A stretch of 64,000 nucleotides of DNA, from assembly GCA_043808015.1 (NCBI GenBank), contig JAZDFI010000029.1, forward strand, positions 40,537 through 104,536. The letters run 5' to 3'. This stretch comes from Candidatus Aenigmatarchaeota archaeon (GTDB lineage: Archaea; Aenigmatarchaeota; Aenigmatarchaeia; QMZP01; QMZT01). A program made the position numbers and the translations under genes. Numbering within the stretch: the first letter of the stretch is position 1; each line of letters begins with the position of its first letter. A model generated the notes under the pieces. The model was not told the origin of the DNA, did no database searches, and was given only the letters and a program-made list of their open reading frames with translations. Positions 28,510 through 37,566 of this stretch are shown here, piece by piece.

Positions 28510-29333
28510 GCAAAAGCATCCACTATATCCCTTTGCGTTATTATGCCCACAAGCTCCTCGTCGTCTATCACCGGCAGCCCGCCCACGTTCATGCTAGTCA
28601 TGAGGCTTACTGCATGCGCGACGTCCGCGCCGCCGCTGATAGTGACTGTTTTTCTCTTCATTATGTCTTCGATTCTTGTTTTATCCGAAAAGAAGCCTGA
28701 ATATTTGCCCTTCAGCTTAAGGTATGACAGTATATCGACAGGCGTGACCACACCCAAAAGGATGTTATTCTCCACGACCGGAAGGCGCCTGGTTCCGCCT
28801 TTACACATCATCCTAGCCACGTCATAAACAGTGTAATCTCTCCTGACGAATGTTGGCCTCTCTACCATGACTTCACGCACTTTCACGCCGGTATTTTCTT
28901 TCACTAGCTTCATGAAATCCCATTCTGAAACTATCGAAACTAATTTTTTAGAGTCGACTACCGGGAAGAAACCCATTTTTTCATGCCTGAAAACATTCAG
29001 CGCCTTTCTTATGCTGGTCGTGTGATGGATCGTCCTGACGTGTCTGGTCATTATGTCGCTTATCTTCATGTCAATCCTTTCCCTGTTAATTTTGAAGATG
29101 CTGTGCTTTTCACCGCCGCCGAAGAGGTCGAGAATGTCAATCGAAGAGACGATACCCTTCAGATGGCCACTTTCGTCTATTACCGGCATTTTCCTTATGT
29201 TTTTGCTTATCATCGCCCCCAGGACATCGACAAGTTTGGCATTTTCATGAGTAGCCAGGGGTTTGGATGATATTTCGGTTACCGGCTTGCCGGAATCTAT
29301 GATGTTTTCCAAACTTATTCTATTCCCACCCAT
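28506..29333 (-). CDS. Four-CBS-domain protein
   Basis: RKMPVID, GIVSSIDIL, RRLPVVE, GGLPVID…GIITQRDIV. Confidence 0.9.
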   Translation of the reverse strand: MGGNRISLENIIDSGKPVTEISSKPLATHENAKLVDVLGAMISKNIRKMPVIDESGHLKGIVSSIDILDLFGGGEKHSIFKINRERIDMKISDIMTRHVRTIHHTTSIRKALNVFRHEKMGFFPVVDSKKLVSIVSEWDFMKLVKENTGVKVREVMVERPTFVRRDYTVYDVARMMCKGGTRRLPVVENNILLGVVTPVDILSYLKLKGKYSGFFSDKTRIEDIMKRKTVTISGGADVAHAVSLMTSMNVGGLPVIDDEELVGIITQRDIVDAFA

Positions 29334-29385
29334 GCGACCACCCACCAGACACTTTATTTTAAGCCGGCCTTAATAAATAATTTAT

Positions 29386-30771
29386 ATGGCATGCGAAAGT
29401 GTGATTGCGGCGGTTCTCTCGGAAATAACTCCAAGCCAAAAGGAAAGGGATGAGTTTTCGGACGTTCTGGGTCTGATAGAAAACGCAGCCGACGTGATCA
29501 TAAAACCCCTACGACTAGAAAAAACAATAGCCGGCTCTTTCATACGCGATACGTGGCTTGCCGACAAAAAGGAAATGGACCTTTTCATCATGTTTCCTGT
29601 TTCATATTCAAGAGAGCGGCTGGAAAAGACGGGTCTTGAGGTGGGCAAAAAAATAATCAGGAAACTCAGAGGGAAATATGCGATTGCATATGCTGAGCAT
29701 CCATACGTGAAAGGCGTCGTTAAAGGATTTTCTGTCGATATCGTTCCATGCTACAAAGTGGAGTCGGCAAGCAAGATAAAATCCGCGGTTGACCGCACTC
29801 CTTTTCATAACATGTATATATTGGAAAACCTGAAGCCTGCGATGGCGGCGGACGTGCGTTTACTAAAACAACTCTGCAAGGCGATGGATGTTTACGGCTC
29901 GGATATAAGAACGCTGGGTTTTTCCGGATATCTCTGCGAATTGCTTGTCATAAATTACAAAAACTTCACTGGCCTTGCAGCCGCGGCCAGCAAATGGAAA
30001 TACGGCACATTCATCGACCTCCAGAAGCACGGCGCTCCGCCTTCGTCTGAGCGCTTCAAAGGTCAGCCACTGGTTGTCATAGACCCGACGGATCCTAAAA
30101 GAAACGTCGCTGCCTCTTTATCCGAGGAAAACTTCCTGAAATTCATTGATGGCTGCAGGAATTTCATAAAAAAGCCGTCGAAAAGCTTTTTCCAAATAAA
30201 AAAAATTCCGCTTAAACCATCGGAACTCGTAAGGGCGCTGAGAGCCAGGAACACTGAAGTCCTGATTGTAGAATTTAAAAGGCCGGACGTGGTGGATGAC
30301 ATACTCTGGTCCCAGATGAGGAAAACTGCATCGCGTCTAAAAAAACTCATGCAAGAGAATGATTTCAGCGTTACTGGTCATGACGTTTGGAGTGATGAGA
30401 AAAAATCGTATTTTATGTTCGAGCTGAATAAATGGGAACTGCCGGAACTGATGAATCTGGTTGGGCCGCCTGTGACGTCGGAACAGCATTCCGCAGAATT
30501 CAGGCGAAAATACAAGGCGCTCAACGTCTATGATGAAAACGGCAGATGGGCTGTCAATGTCCGGAGAAAATACAGGATACCGGACATGCTCATCAGAGTT
30601 TTCCTGAAAAAAAACAGGAAAATGCTGATTAATGAAGGCGTGAGGTCTTATGTAGCGAGCGGCATTTCAAAAGGCTTCAGGCTGCTTAAAAAAGACGAAG
30701 CGGTAAAACTGGCCGGAAAAAACGAGGGCTTCGCGGTTTTTCTAAAGAAATATTTCGAGCGTGAAGCATGA
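29386..30771 (+). CDS. cca: CCA-adding enzyme (class I)
   Basis: GSF.RDTWL…EMDLF, YAEHPYV, DIVPC, SAVDRTPFH, GFSGYLCELL, DPTDPKRNVAA. Confidence 0.96.
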   Translation: MACESVIAAVLSEITPSQKERDEFSDVLGLIENAADVIIKPLRLEKTIAGSFIRDTWLADKKEMDLFIMFPVSYSRERLEKTGLEVGKKIIRKLRGKYAIAYAEHPYVKGVVKGFSVDIVPCYKVESASKIKSAVDRTPFHNMYILENLKPAMAADVRLLKQLCKAMDVYGSDIRTLGFSGYLCELLVINYKNFTGLAAAASKWKYGTFIDLQKHGAPPSSERFKGQPLVVIDPTDPKRNVAASLSEENFLKFIDGCRNFIKKPSKSFFQIKKIPLKPSELVRALRARNTEVLIVEFKRPDVVDDILWSQMRKTASRLKKLMQENDFSVTGHDVWSDEKKSYFMFELNKWELPELMNLVGPPVTSEQHSAEFRRKYKALNVYDENGRWAVNVRRKYRIPDMLIRVFLKKNRKMLINEGVRSYVASGISKGFRLLKKDEAVKLAGKNEGFAVFLKKYFEREA

Positions 30772-31235
30772 ATCTGGCATTTCACTTCCTGTTCAATTAC
30801 ATTTTTCTAAATGCACTTTTTGGCGGCGCGTGGCAGTATCTGCCGGTCATATTGGTTTTTTCAGTGATTATCGATTTTGACCATCTACCATATATGTTAA
30901 AAACCGGTAGGGGTGTCGTCAAAAAAAGGTTTGGCTCTGCATGCAGGACCAGATTTCATGAGATATACGGCCTGGCCATCTTTTCGCTGGTTTCGTGCGC
31001 GCTTTACTTTTTTGCGGACGCCAGACTAGTCGCGTTTGCAATGGGATGTCTGGTACTGCATCTATCTATTGATTTCATTACCGGCAAATCCGTTCCTTTC
31101 AAACCATATTCCACCAAAGAGACGTTCCTTGACATAACACCTTCCGGCTACTGGAATAAGATATTGTTCGAAATAACAGCAACTGCTATAATGGGGGTGC
31201 TTTTCTGGCTGCAAATAGCAAGCTTGGTTTTGTGA
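30768..31235 (+). CDS. Membrane metal-dependent hydrolase (YdjM-like)
   Basis: N-terminal H, IDFDH, RTRFH, HL..D and TM helices. Confidence 0.7.
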   Translation: MNLAFHFLFNYIFLNALFGGAWQYLPVILVFSVIIDFDHLPYMLKTGRGVVKKRFGSACRTRFHEIYGLAIFSLVSCALYFFADARLVAFAMGCLVLHLSIDFITGKSVPFKPYSTKETFLDITPSGYWNKILFEITATAIMGVLFWLQIASLVL

Positions 31236-31651
31236 ACAGGATGAGAAACGGCATAGATAAGATAGGCATGGCCATGCCGTTGCCGAACGTCAGTCCCAAT
31301 GCGCTCTCGGGCTTGTCCATAGTTTTCTCCCTGCTATTTGTTTTGATGCTTGGCCAGCCGTTCGTGGCGCTGGCGCTCTTGGCATGCGTCCTGCTGTTAG
31401 ACTGGCTGGATGGCATGGTAGCCAGAAAATACAATAAAACGTCAGAAGAGGGGTATTTGATCGATGTCGCCAGCGACAGGCTCTCGGAGGCGGTTGTGTT
31501 TTTGCCGTTCTTCTTCCCGTGGTTCTTCCTGTTCAGCTTCAATTGCATGTTGGCGCTGCTGGCGGTTAAAAAAAACAAACACATAATACTCCCGCTGAGG
31601 CACGTTTTCCTGGTTTTTTACGCTTTTTTGGCCTTGACGGGCCAGGCCTGA
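31232..31651 (+). CDS. CDP-alcohol phosphatidyltransferase family protein
   Basis: SPN.LS and D..DG..AR…S..G…D…DR motif. Confidence 0.9.
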   Translation: MNRMRNGIDKIGMAMPLPNVSPNALSGLSIVFSLLFVLMLGQPFVALALLACVLLLDWLDGMVARKYNKTSEEGYLIDVASDRLSEAVVFLPFFFPWFFLFSFNCMLALLAVKKNKHIILPLRHVFLVFYAFLALTGQA

Positions 31652-31698
31652 CGCCCGCTATATATTTAAATACTTTCACGAGTAAGAATAAAGAATCT

Positions 31699-31727
31699 CG
31701 ACCGTTTACTGCGTAAGCAGGAGGTTG
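31699..31727 (+). promoter_or_regulatory. Putative uL1-binding translational operator overlapping the rpl1 Shine-Dalgarno
   Basis: CGACC-GUUUA-CUGC-GUAA-GCAG-GA-GGUUG: two helices flanking an asymmetric GA / G(UUU)A internal loop, closed by a GNRA tetraloop. Confidence 0.7.
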
Positions 31728-31732
31728 CAACA

Positions 31733-32368
31733 ATGGAAGAAGAATTTTTAAAAGAAATCAGGGAAGCCAGGGAAAAATCCAAGAAAAGAAAGTTTTCACA
31801 GTCTTGGGATCTAATTATCAACCTCAAGAATCTTGACCTGAAGAAACCCGAAAACAAGCTCAACCTTGAGTTCTCGCTGCCTGAGAGCAGGGGCAAGGAA
31901 ACCAAAGTCCTTTTCATAGTTGACACGCTTCTGCCTGAAGCAAAGAAGACTGACGGCATGGTCATAGGAAAGGGCGACCTAGAAAGGCTAGGCAAGGAAA
32001 AGAAAATACTGAAAGGCTACGCCGACACGTATGACTGGTGGTTCTGTGAGGCGCCTCTTATGCCTCTAGTGGGTAAGACGCTTGGCGTCGTGCTCGGTCC
32101 CAGAGGCAAAATGCCGAAGCCCATCCCGCCAAAGGGGAGCGTCATGCCGTTTGTCGAACTGGCCAAGAGGCTTGTGAAGATAAGGGTGAAAGATTCGCCT
32201 GTCATACAGGTGCCCGTAGGAACGGAGAACATGAAGGAAGAGCAGGTAATGAAGAACGTTATCGCTGTCATGAACTTCGTGAAGGAAAAACTACCGAAAG
32301 GTAAAATAAACATAAAGGATGCGTACATTAAGCTTACGATGGGTCCGCCCGTGAAGCTCAAGGTGTAA
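31733..32368 (+). CDS. rpl1: 50S ribosomal protein L1
   Basis: KRKFSQSWDLIINLKNLDLKKPEN, LG.VLGPRGKMPKP, KLTMGP. Confidence 0.97.
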   Translation: MEEEFLKEIREAREKSKKRKFSQSWDLIINLKNLDLKKPENKLNLEFSLPESRGKETKVLFIVDTLLPEAKKTDGMVIGKGDLERLGKEKKILKGYADTYDWWFCEAPLMPLVGKTLGVVLGPRGKMPKPIPPKGSVMPFVELAKRLVKIRVKDSPVIQVPVGTENMKEEQVMKNVIAVMNFVKEKLPKGKINIKDAYIKLTMGPPVKLKV

Positions 32369-32370
32369 AC

Positions 32371-33222
32371 ATGGTATCAGAAAGAAAGAAGCTGGCTGTG
32401 GAGCAACTGAAGGCCGACTTTAAAAAATACCCGGTAGTGGGCATAGTAGACATGTATAAACTGCCCGCAAAACAGCTGCAGGAAATAAAGGACAGCCTTC
32501 GCGGCAAAGCCGTCATAAAAATGGCCAAGAAGAGCGTCATAAAGCTCGCCATGGAGGGCGCCGTAAGCGGCCTGGAGAAGCTCGAGGAAAAAATAAGAAA
32601 CCAGCCGGCCATACTGCTTAGCGACGTAGACCCTTTCGAGCTCGCAAGGGTTATTGATGCTTCAAAATCCAGCGCCTCGGCAAAACCGGGCGACATAGCA
32701 CTCAGGGATATCGTAATCAAAGAAGGCCCGACAAGCCTCAAGCCAGGCCCTGTGATAGGAGAGCTGCAGAGGGTCAAACTGCCTGCAGGCGTCGACGGCG
32801 ATAAAATCGTCATAAAGAAAGACGCGGTCATAGTCAAAGAAGGCGAACACATAACAAAACCCGTCGCCGACGTGCTCATGAAGCTTGGAATCCAGCCAAT
32901 GGAAATCGCGCTCACGCTCATGGCAGTTTACGACAGGGGCATGATATACGGCAGAGACATACTATTCATACCTAGGGAGAAGTATGAAAGCGACCTGATA
33001 AACGCTTACAGGTGCGCCTTCAACCTCGCCCTGACCATAGGCCTTCCGACAGAGGCAACGCTTCCGATATTAATAGGAAAGGCTTGCAGGGAGGCCATGA
33101 GCCTTGCTCTCGAAGCGAATATCATGACGAAAGACAACGTTGAAATCATGCTGGCAAAAGCCAACGCGCAGATGGTGGCGCTCAAGGACACAGTAGGCGA
33201 TGTGAGCGCCGTTAATGCTTGA
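32371..33222 (+). CDS. rpl10: 50S ribosomal protein L10 (P0)
   Basis: LPAKQLQEI, AKPG.IA..DI, GPT…PGP, L.KLGIQP. Confidence 0.96.
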   Translation: MVSERKKLAVEQLKADFKKYPVVGIVDMYKLPAKQLQEIKDSLRGKAVIKMAKKSVIKLAMEGAVSGLEKLEEKIRNQPAILLSDVDPFELARVIDASKSSASAKPGDIALRDIVIKEGPTSLKPGPVIGELQRVKLPAGVDGDKIVIKKDAVIVKEGEHITKPVADVLMKLGIQPMEIALTLMAVYDRGMIYGRDILFIPREKYESDLINAYRCAFNLALTIGLPTEATLPILIGKACREAMSLALEANIMTKDNVEIMLAKANAQMVALKDTVGDVSAVNA

Positions 33223-33238
33223 AAGAAGGAGGGATAAC

Positions 33239-33538
33239 ATGGAAATGCTATACGCGGCCTTGCTTCTTCATTCACTGGGCAAGGAAATAAACGAGGCACA
33301 CGTAAAAAGAGTGATGGAAGCCGCAGGCGGCAGCGCAGACGAAGCGCAGATAAAGGCTCTTGTATCGAATCTGAAGAACGTCAACATAGCAGACGCGATA
33401 AAGGGCGCTTCATTCATGCAGGCTGCAGCACCGTCATCCGACAAACCCAAGGAAGAGAAGGCAGAAAGCAAGAAAGAAGAGAAGCAGGAAGATAAAGCAG
33501 AAGAAGCAGCAGCAGGGCTTGGCGCGCTTTTCGGTTAA
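33239..33538 (+). CDS. rpl12: 50S ribosomal protein L12 (P1 stalk)
   Basis: ME.LYAALLLH, acidic hinge, GLGALFG terminus; GGAGG RBS. Confidence 0.97.
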   Translation: MEMLYAALLLHSLGKEINEAHVKRVMEAAGGSADEAQIKALVSNLKNVNIADAIKGASFMQAAAPSSDKPKEEKAESKKEEKQEDKAEEAAAGLGALFG

Positions 33539-33541
33539 GCC

Positions 33542-33560
33542 TTTCACTTTTTTTATTTTG
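33542..33560 (+). terminator. Oligo-T terminator after rpl12
   Basis: TTTCACTTTTTTTATTTTG immediately after the stop codon. Confidence 0.55.
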
Positions 33561-33644
33561 TGAAAAGCGCGGCCCTTCCTAATTCTAATTAGGCCGGACG
33601 TCGGACTATCTAATTTAAAGCAACAGACGGAGAAATAATAAATT

Positions 33645-36479
33645 ATGAAACCGGATAAGGAAATCAAAAAGGAGTTCAGGCCCAAATTCTGGGCAGATCC
33701 GGACAAATATTATGCGACTTCCGTTCTGAAAGAAGAGGGATTCGCCAGAAAAATCTGCCTCAAATGCAAAAAGCCCTTCTGGGCCATCGCTTCCGAGCGT
33801 AAGGTGTGCGGCGATCCCGCGTGCAGTGGCGAGGGATTCGCCTTCATAGGCAACACCCCGGCCAAGCGAAAGCTCGGCTATGTTGACGTCTGGATTGAAT
33901 TCTCAAAGATGTTCCAGCGTCTGGGCTATACGCCGATAAAGCGTTATCCGGTCGTCGCGAGATGGAATCCCACCATGGAATACACGAACTCGTCAATCGC
34001 CGCGTTCCAGCCTTACGTCATTTCCGGTGAGGTCGAGCCGCCAGCCAACCCGCTGGTCATACCACAGTTCTGCCTCAGGTTTAACGACATAGACAACGTG
34101 GGCATCACACAATCGCATCACACGGGTTTTGTGATGATTGGCCAGCACATGTTCGTCAAGCCTGAGAATTGGGACCAGAACAAGGTATTCAGGGATATCT
34201 ACACTTGGCTGTGCAAAGGCCTTGGCCTCGGCAAAGATGACATAATATTTCACGAGGACGCATGGGCGGGCGGCGGCAATTTCGGTCCGTGCATGGAGTT
34301 TTTCTCGCGTGGCTGCGAGCTTGGCAACCAGGTTTACATGCTATACGAGCAGACGCCTTCCGGCAATAAAGAGCTCGGCATAAAAGTCCTTGACATGGGC
34401 ATGGGTCACGAGAGGAATGCATGGTTCTCGCAGGGATGCGAGACGATTTATGACGCAGCATTCCCTGACGTCGTCAGCAAGCTGATTGTGAAGACGAGAG
34501 TCAAAATAGACAAGCATCTCATGAAAAAATACATACCCCACGCCAGCCTGCTCAACATCGACGAGACTGACGATATCGAAAAGGCGTGGAAGACTGTAGC
34601 GGTGAATGTCGGCGTCGATGTCAACGAATTGCGAAATTTCATACTACCGCTGTCAGGCGTATATTCAATAGCCGAACACACCAGAACGCTGCTTTTCGCC
34701 TTGACGGATGGCGGATTGCCAAGCAACGTGGGAGGCGGATACAACCTGCGCATGCTAGCGCGACGAGCGATGGCCTTCAATACAGAATACGGATGGAATA
34801 TCGACTTGCCAAAGGTCTGCGAATGGCACGCTTCTTACCTTAAACCCATATTTCCCGAGCTTTCCGAGAACATAGACGACGTTGTGAAAATACTGGAAGT
34901 CGAGCGCGTCAAATATGAAAGCACCAGGGTAAATTCAGTCAGAATAGTCGCGGATCTGCTGAAGAAAGGCGTGGACGAGCGCGAATTGCTCAAGCTCTAC
35001 GACAGTCAGGGAATCCCTCCAGAAATAATAAAAGAAGAGTTTGAAAAACACGGCAAGAAAATAAAGATACCCGACGATTTCTACTCCAAGGTTTCCAGTA
35101 TGCACGAAAAGCAAAAACAAATCGCAGAAACCGGAGCTGGCGAGAAGCTGCCGCTGAGCGGAATAGAAGACACGGAAATACTATACTACAACGATTACAG
35201 AGTTTCCGAGTTTGACGCTAAAATTGTGAAGATTGTCGGCGACAATGTCATCCTCGACCAGACTGCTTTCTACCCGACATCCGGTGGGCAGCTGCATGAC
35301 AAGGGAAAAATAAACGGCAAAAACGTCATTGAAATTTTCAAGCAGGGTGGCGTTATTGTTCATAAGATGGAGCCGCACCACGGCCTGAAAGCTGGCGAGT
35401 CTGTTGTATGTGCGATTGACAAGACGAGACGTCTGAAACTGTCGCAGCAGCATACGGCGACGCACATATTGAATGCCGCCGCGCGAGCCATTCTTGGAAA
35501 GCACGTCAACCAGGCGGGCGCGAAAAAGACCGAGGATAAGTCTCATCTTGACATAACGCATTACCTGCCGATAACCAACGACGAGATAAAGAAGATGGAA
35601 GAGCTCGCGAATAGTATGGCTGCCAAAGGCATCGCAATAGAAAAGCTGCTGATACCGCGCAACGAGGCCGAGAAGAGGTTCGGCATGAGAATATACCAGG
35701 GCGGCGCCGTTCCCGGAAAGCTCCTGAGAATCGTGAACGTGCCCGGAATCGACGTGGAGGCATGCGGCGGGACGCACCTCAACAACACGAGCGAGGTCGG
35801 CAGGATAAAGATACTGAAAGTCACGAAAATACAGGACGGCATAGACCGGATAGAGTTCACTGCCGGTGCAGCTGCAGAAAAAGTCGGTGATATGGAAACC
35901 GCAATGCTGAATGACGTCGTTAAAGGCCTGCAGCGCTTCGCCAGTTTTAAACATGACAAAAACCCGTCCAAAGACCTCAGGGACTGCGCCGACGTTTTTT
36001 CTGTTTCAGTCGACCAAGTCGGCAAAACCGTTGAGAAATTTTCGGATGAAATAAACACTTACGGCAAAAAGCTCGGCAAGAAAATTGCGGTCAAACACGT
36101 TAAAGATATCAAAGAAGCGTGCGAACATGTTTTCGAACTGTACAAAACGATGAAAAAGGACTGCGAAAATTTGGCTAAAGAGAGAGCTGGCTCTGAAATT
36201 GAAGCCTTTCTGCTGAAAGCCAAGAGCAACGAAATAATTGAAAGTGTGAACATGGAGAGAAAAGAGATGATACAGCTTTGCGACTCGCTAGTCTCAAAGC
36301 ATCCTGAAATCACCGTTATCCTCGTCAACAAACAAGGCGAAGTGGTCGGCGCAAGCGAGCGCAAGGACATTTCAAAGGAAGTCCGGCGCCTGTGCGAGCG
36401 CTGCTGCGGCTCGGGCGGCGGCAAGGGGCGAATGGCGCAGGGCAGGCTCGATATAGCCAAGTTTGAAAATGAAAAATAA
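33645..36479 (+). CDS. alaS: Alanine--tRNA ligase (archaeal type)
   Basis: N-terminal Cys knuckle, RYPVVARW, PANPL..PQ.CLRFNDIDNVG, W.GGGN.GP, editing motifs HTATH and CGGTH. Confidence 0.97.
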   Translation: MKPDKEIKKEFRPKFWADPDKYYATSVLKEEGFARKICLKCKKPFWAIASERKVCGDPACSGEGFAFIGNTPAKRKLGYVDVWIEFSKMFQRLGYTPIKRYPVVARWNPTMEYTNSSIAAFQPYVISGEVEPPANPLVIPQFCLRFNDIDNVGITQSHHTGFVMIGQHMFVKPENWDQNKVFRDIYTWLCKGLGLGKDDIIFHEDAWAGGGNFGPCMEFFSRGCELGNQVYMLYEQTPSGNKELGIKVLDMGMGHERNAWFSQGCETIYDAAFPDVVSKLIVKTRVKIDKHLMKKYIPHASLLNIDETDDIEKAWKTVAVNVGVDVNELRNFILPLSGVYSIAEHTRTLLFALTDGGLPSNVGGGYNLRMLARRAMAFNTEYGWNIDLPKVCEWHASYLKPIFPELSENIDDVVKILEVERVKYESTRVNSVRIVADLLKKGVDERELLKLYDSQGIPPEIIKEEFEKHGKKIKIPDDFYSKVSSMHEKQKQIAETGAGEKLPLSGIEDTEILYYNDYRVSEFDAKIVKIVGDNVILDQTAFYPTSGGQLHDKGKINGKNVIEIFKQGGVIVHKMEPHHGLKAGESVVCAIDKTRRLKLSQQHTATHILNAAARAILGKHVNQAGAKKTEDKSHLDITHYLPITNDEIKKMEELANSMAAKGIAIEKLLIPRNEAEKRFGMRIYQGGAVPGKLLRIVNVPGIDVEACGGTHLNNTSEVGRIKILKVTKIQDGIDRIEFTAGAAAEKVGDMETAMLNDVVKGLQRFASFKHDKNPSKDLRDCADVFSVSVDQVGKTVEKFSDEINTYGKKLGKKIAVKHVKDIKEACEHVFELYKTMKKDCENLAKERAGSEIEAFLLKAKSNEIIESVNMERKEMIQLCDSLVSKHPEITVILVNKQGEVVGASERKDISKEVRRLCERCCGSGGGKGRMAQGRLDIAKFENEK

Positions 36480-36500
36480 GATAAAATAAGCGGAAAAAAA

Positions 36501-36947
36501 TTAACCCGTGCAATAGACACTCGCTGACTGGGTTCTGCTGGCCACCACGAAGTCGTAATTGCATGTTTTGGCGACGCCTGGCGTTGTGCAACCGGTTATT
36601 ATGACCTTTCCAAAACCACCAGCCGGTACCGCAGTTAATGTGTCCGAAGCGCATGTTTCATTGACCATGCACCAATTAAATGCTGCTGCAGCCACAGGAA
36701 TTCCGTTTGAAAGAATCGTCACGTCGTTCGTCAGGCTGACGCTCTCCGTTCCCATGTTGTGGAGTATGATCATTACATTTGTGGCACCACTTGCGCCACT
36801 TATGCACTTCTGCGTGGGAATCTCGATGGTCTTTGCCGTGAGCGACGAGAAGAAGTTGCCCATGTATGTCCATGCCGCGGCTGCCAAACCCACGGTTATC
36901 AGCAAAAGTATTATGACGGATATTATTGGCGTTATTCCCTTTTTCAT
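36501..36947 (-). CDS. Archaeal type IV pilin (possibly the major pilin)
   Basis: MKKG/ITPIISVIILLLITVGLAAAAW; strong GGGAGGT RBS. Confidence 0.9.
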   Translation of the reverse strand: MKKGITPIISVIILLLITVGLAAAAWTYMGNFFSSLTAKTIEIPTQKCISGASGATNVMIILHNMGTESVSLTNDVTILSNGIPVAAAAFNWCMVNETCASDTLTAVPAGGFGKVIITGCTTPGVAKTCNYDFVVASRTQSASVYCTG

Positions 36948-36986
36948 GTTTTACCTCCCTCAATATATTGACGTGTGAACATCGAC

Positions 36987-37490
36987 TCAAACTCTGTATT
37001 CAGAGGATGGCGCTCTCATCGGCATGCCTGGCGACGGGGCCGGCGCGTAGAAGCGCTTGAGGCGCTTTTCGATTATGCCCAGCGTCGTAAGAACGGCCTG
37101 GTTGGTTTCGGAATCTTTCTTGTTCTGGTTTATCAGCTCGCTCAGCTTGTCGACAAGCGGTGACATTACTTCCTTTGAGACGTTGGATACTTCCTCTTCT
37201 TCCGCGGATATCTTGAGAAGTTTCATGAACTCCCTCATCTCGAGGATGAGATCGTCCATCTTCTTCGGCAGCTTCGAAACTTCTCCGATGAGGTCGTTGT
37301 TGGCCTTTATAGAGCTGTCTATGATCTTCTGGTTTGATTTTATAAGGTCCACTACCTGCTCTATGAGCCTGTTGACCTCGGAAGAATAGGAACCTCCCTC
37401 CACCTTTTCGATCCTTTTCTCGAGCCTTCTGAGAGGCGATGTTGGTATTATCTCGAATTCGTCATCTGAACCGGAACTTTCTGGTGTCAT
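36987..37490 (-). CDS. Coiled-coil protein of unknown function
   Basis: FEIIP.SPLRRLEKRIEK.E followed by long heptad helices. Confidence 0.75.
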   Translation of the reverse strand: MTPESSGSDDEFEIIPTSPLRRLEKRIEKVEGGSYSSEVNRLIEQVVDLIKSNQKIIDSSIKANNDLIGEVSKLPKKMDDLILEMREFMKLLKISAEEEEVSNVSKEVMSPLVDKLSELINQNKKDSETNQAVLTTLGIIEKRLKRFYAPAPSPGMPMRAPSSEYRV

Positions 37491-37530
37491 AATAAATAGT
37501 TGGCAGTCTCCATATAAATATTTTCACAGG

Positions 37531-37557
37531 AAAAAAGGGGGTAGGCCGTTGCCGGCC
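37531..37557 (-). terminator. Hairpin plus U-tract terminator after the thermosome gene
   Basis: GGCCG-GCAA-CGGCC, then CCCCCTTTTTT on the minus strand. Confidence 0.6.
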
Positions 37558-37566
37558 ATTGCTATT

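Noticed and set aside
29352-29380. Possible Xer/dif site CTTTATTTTAA-GCCGGCC-TTAATAAATAA
   Set aside because: The spacer is 7 bp rather than 6, and the AT arms are explained by back-to-back TATA boxes of divergent genes.
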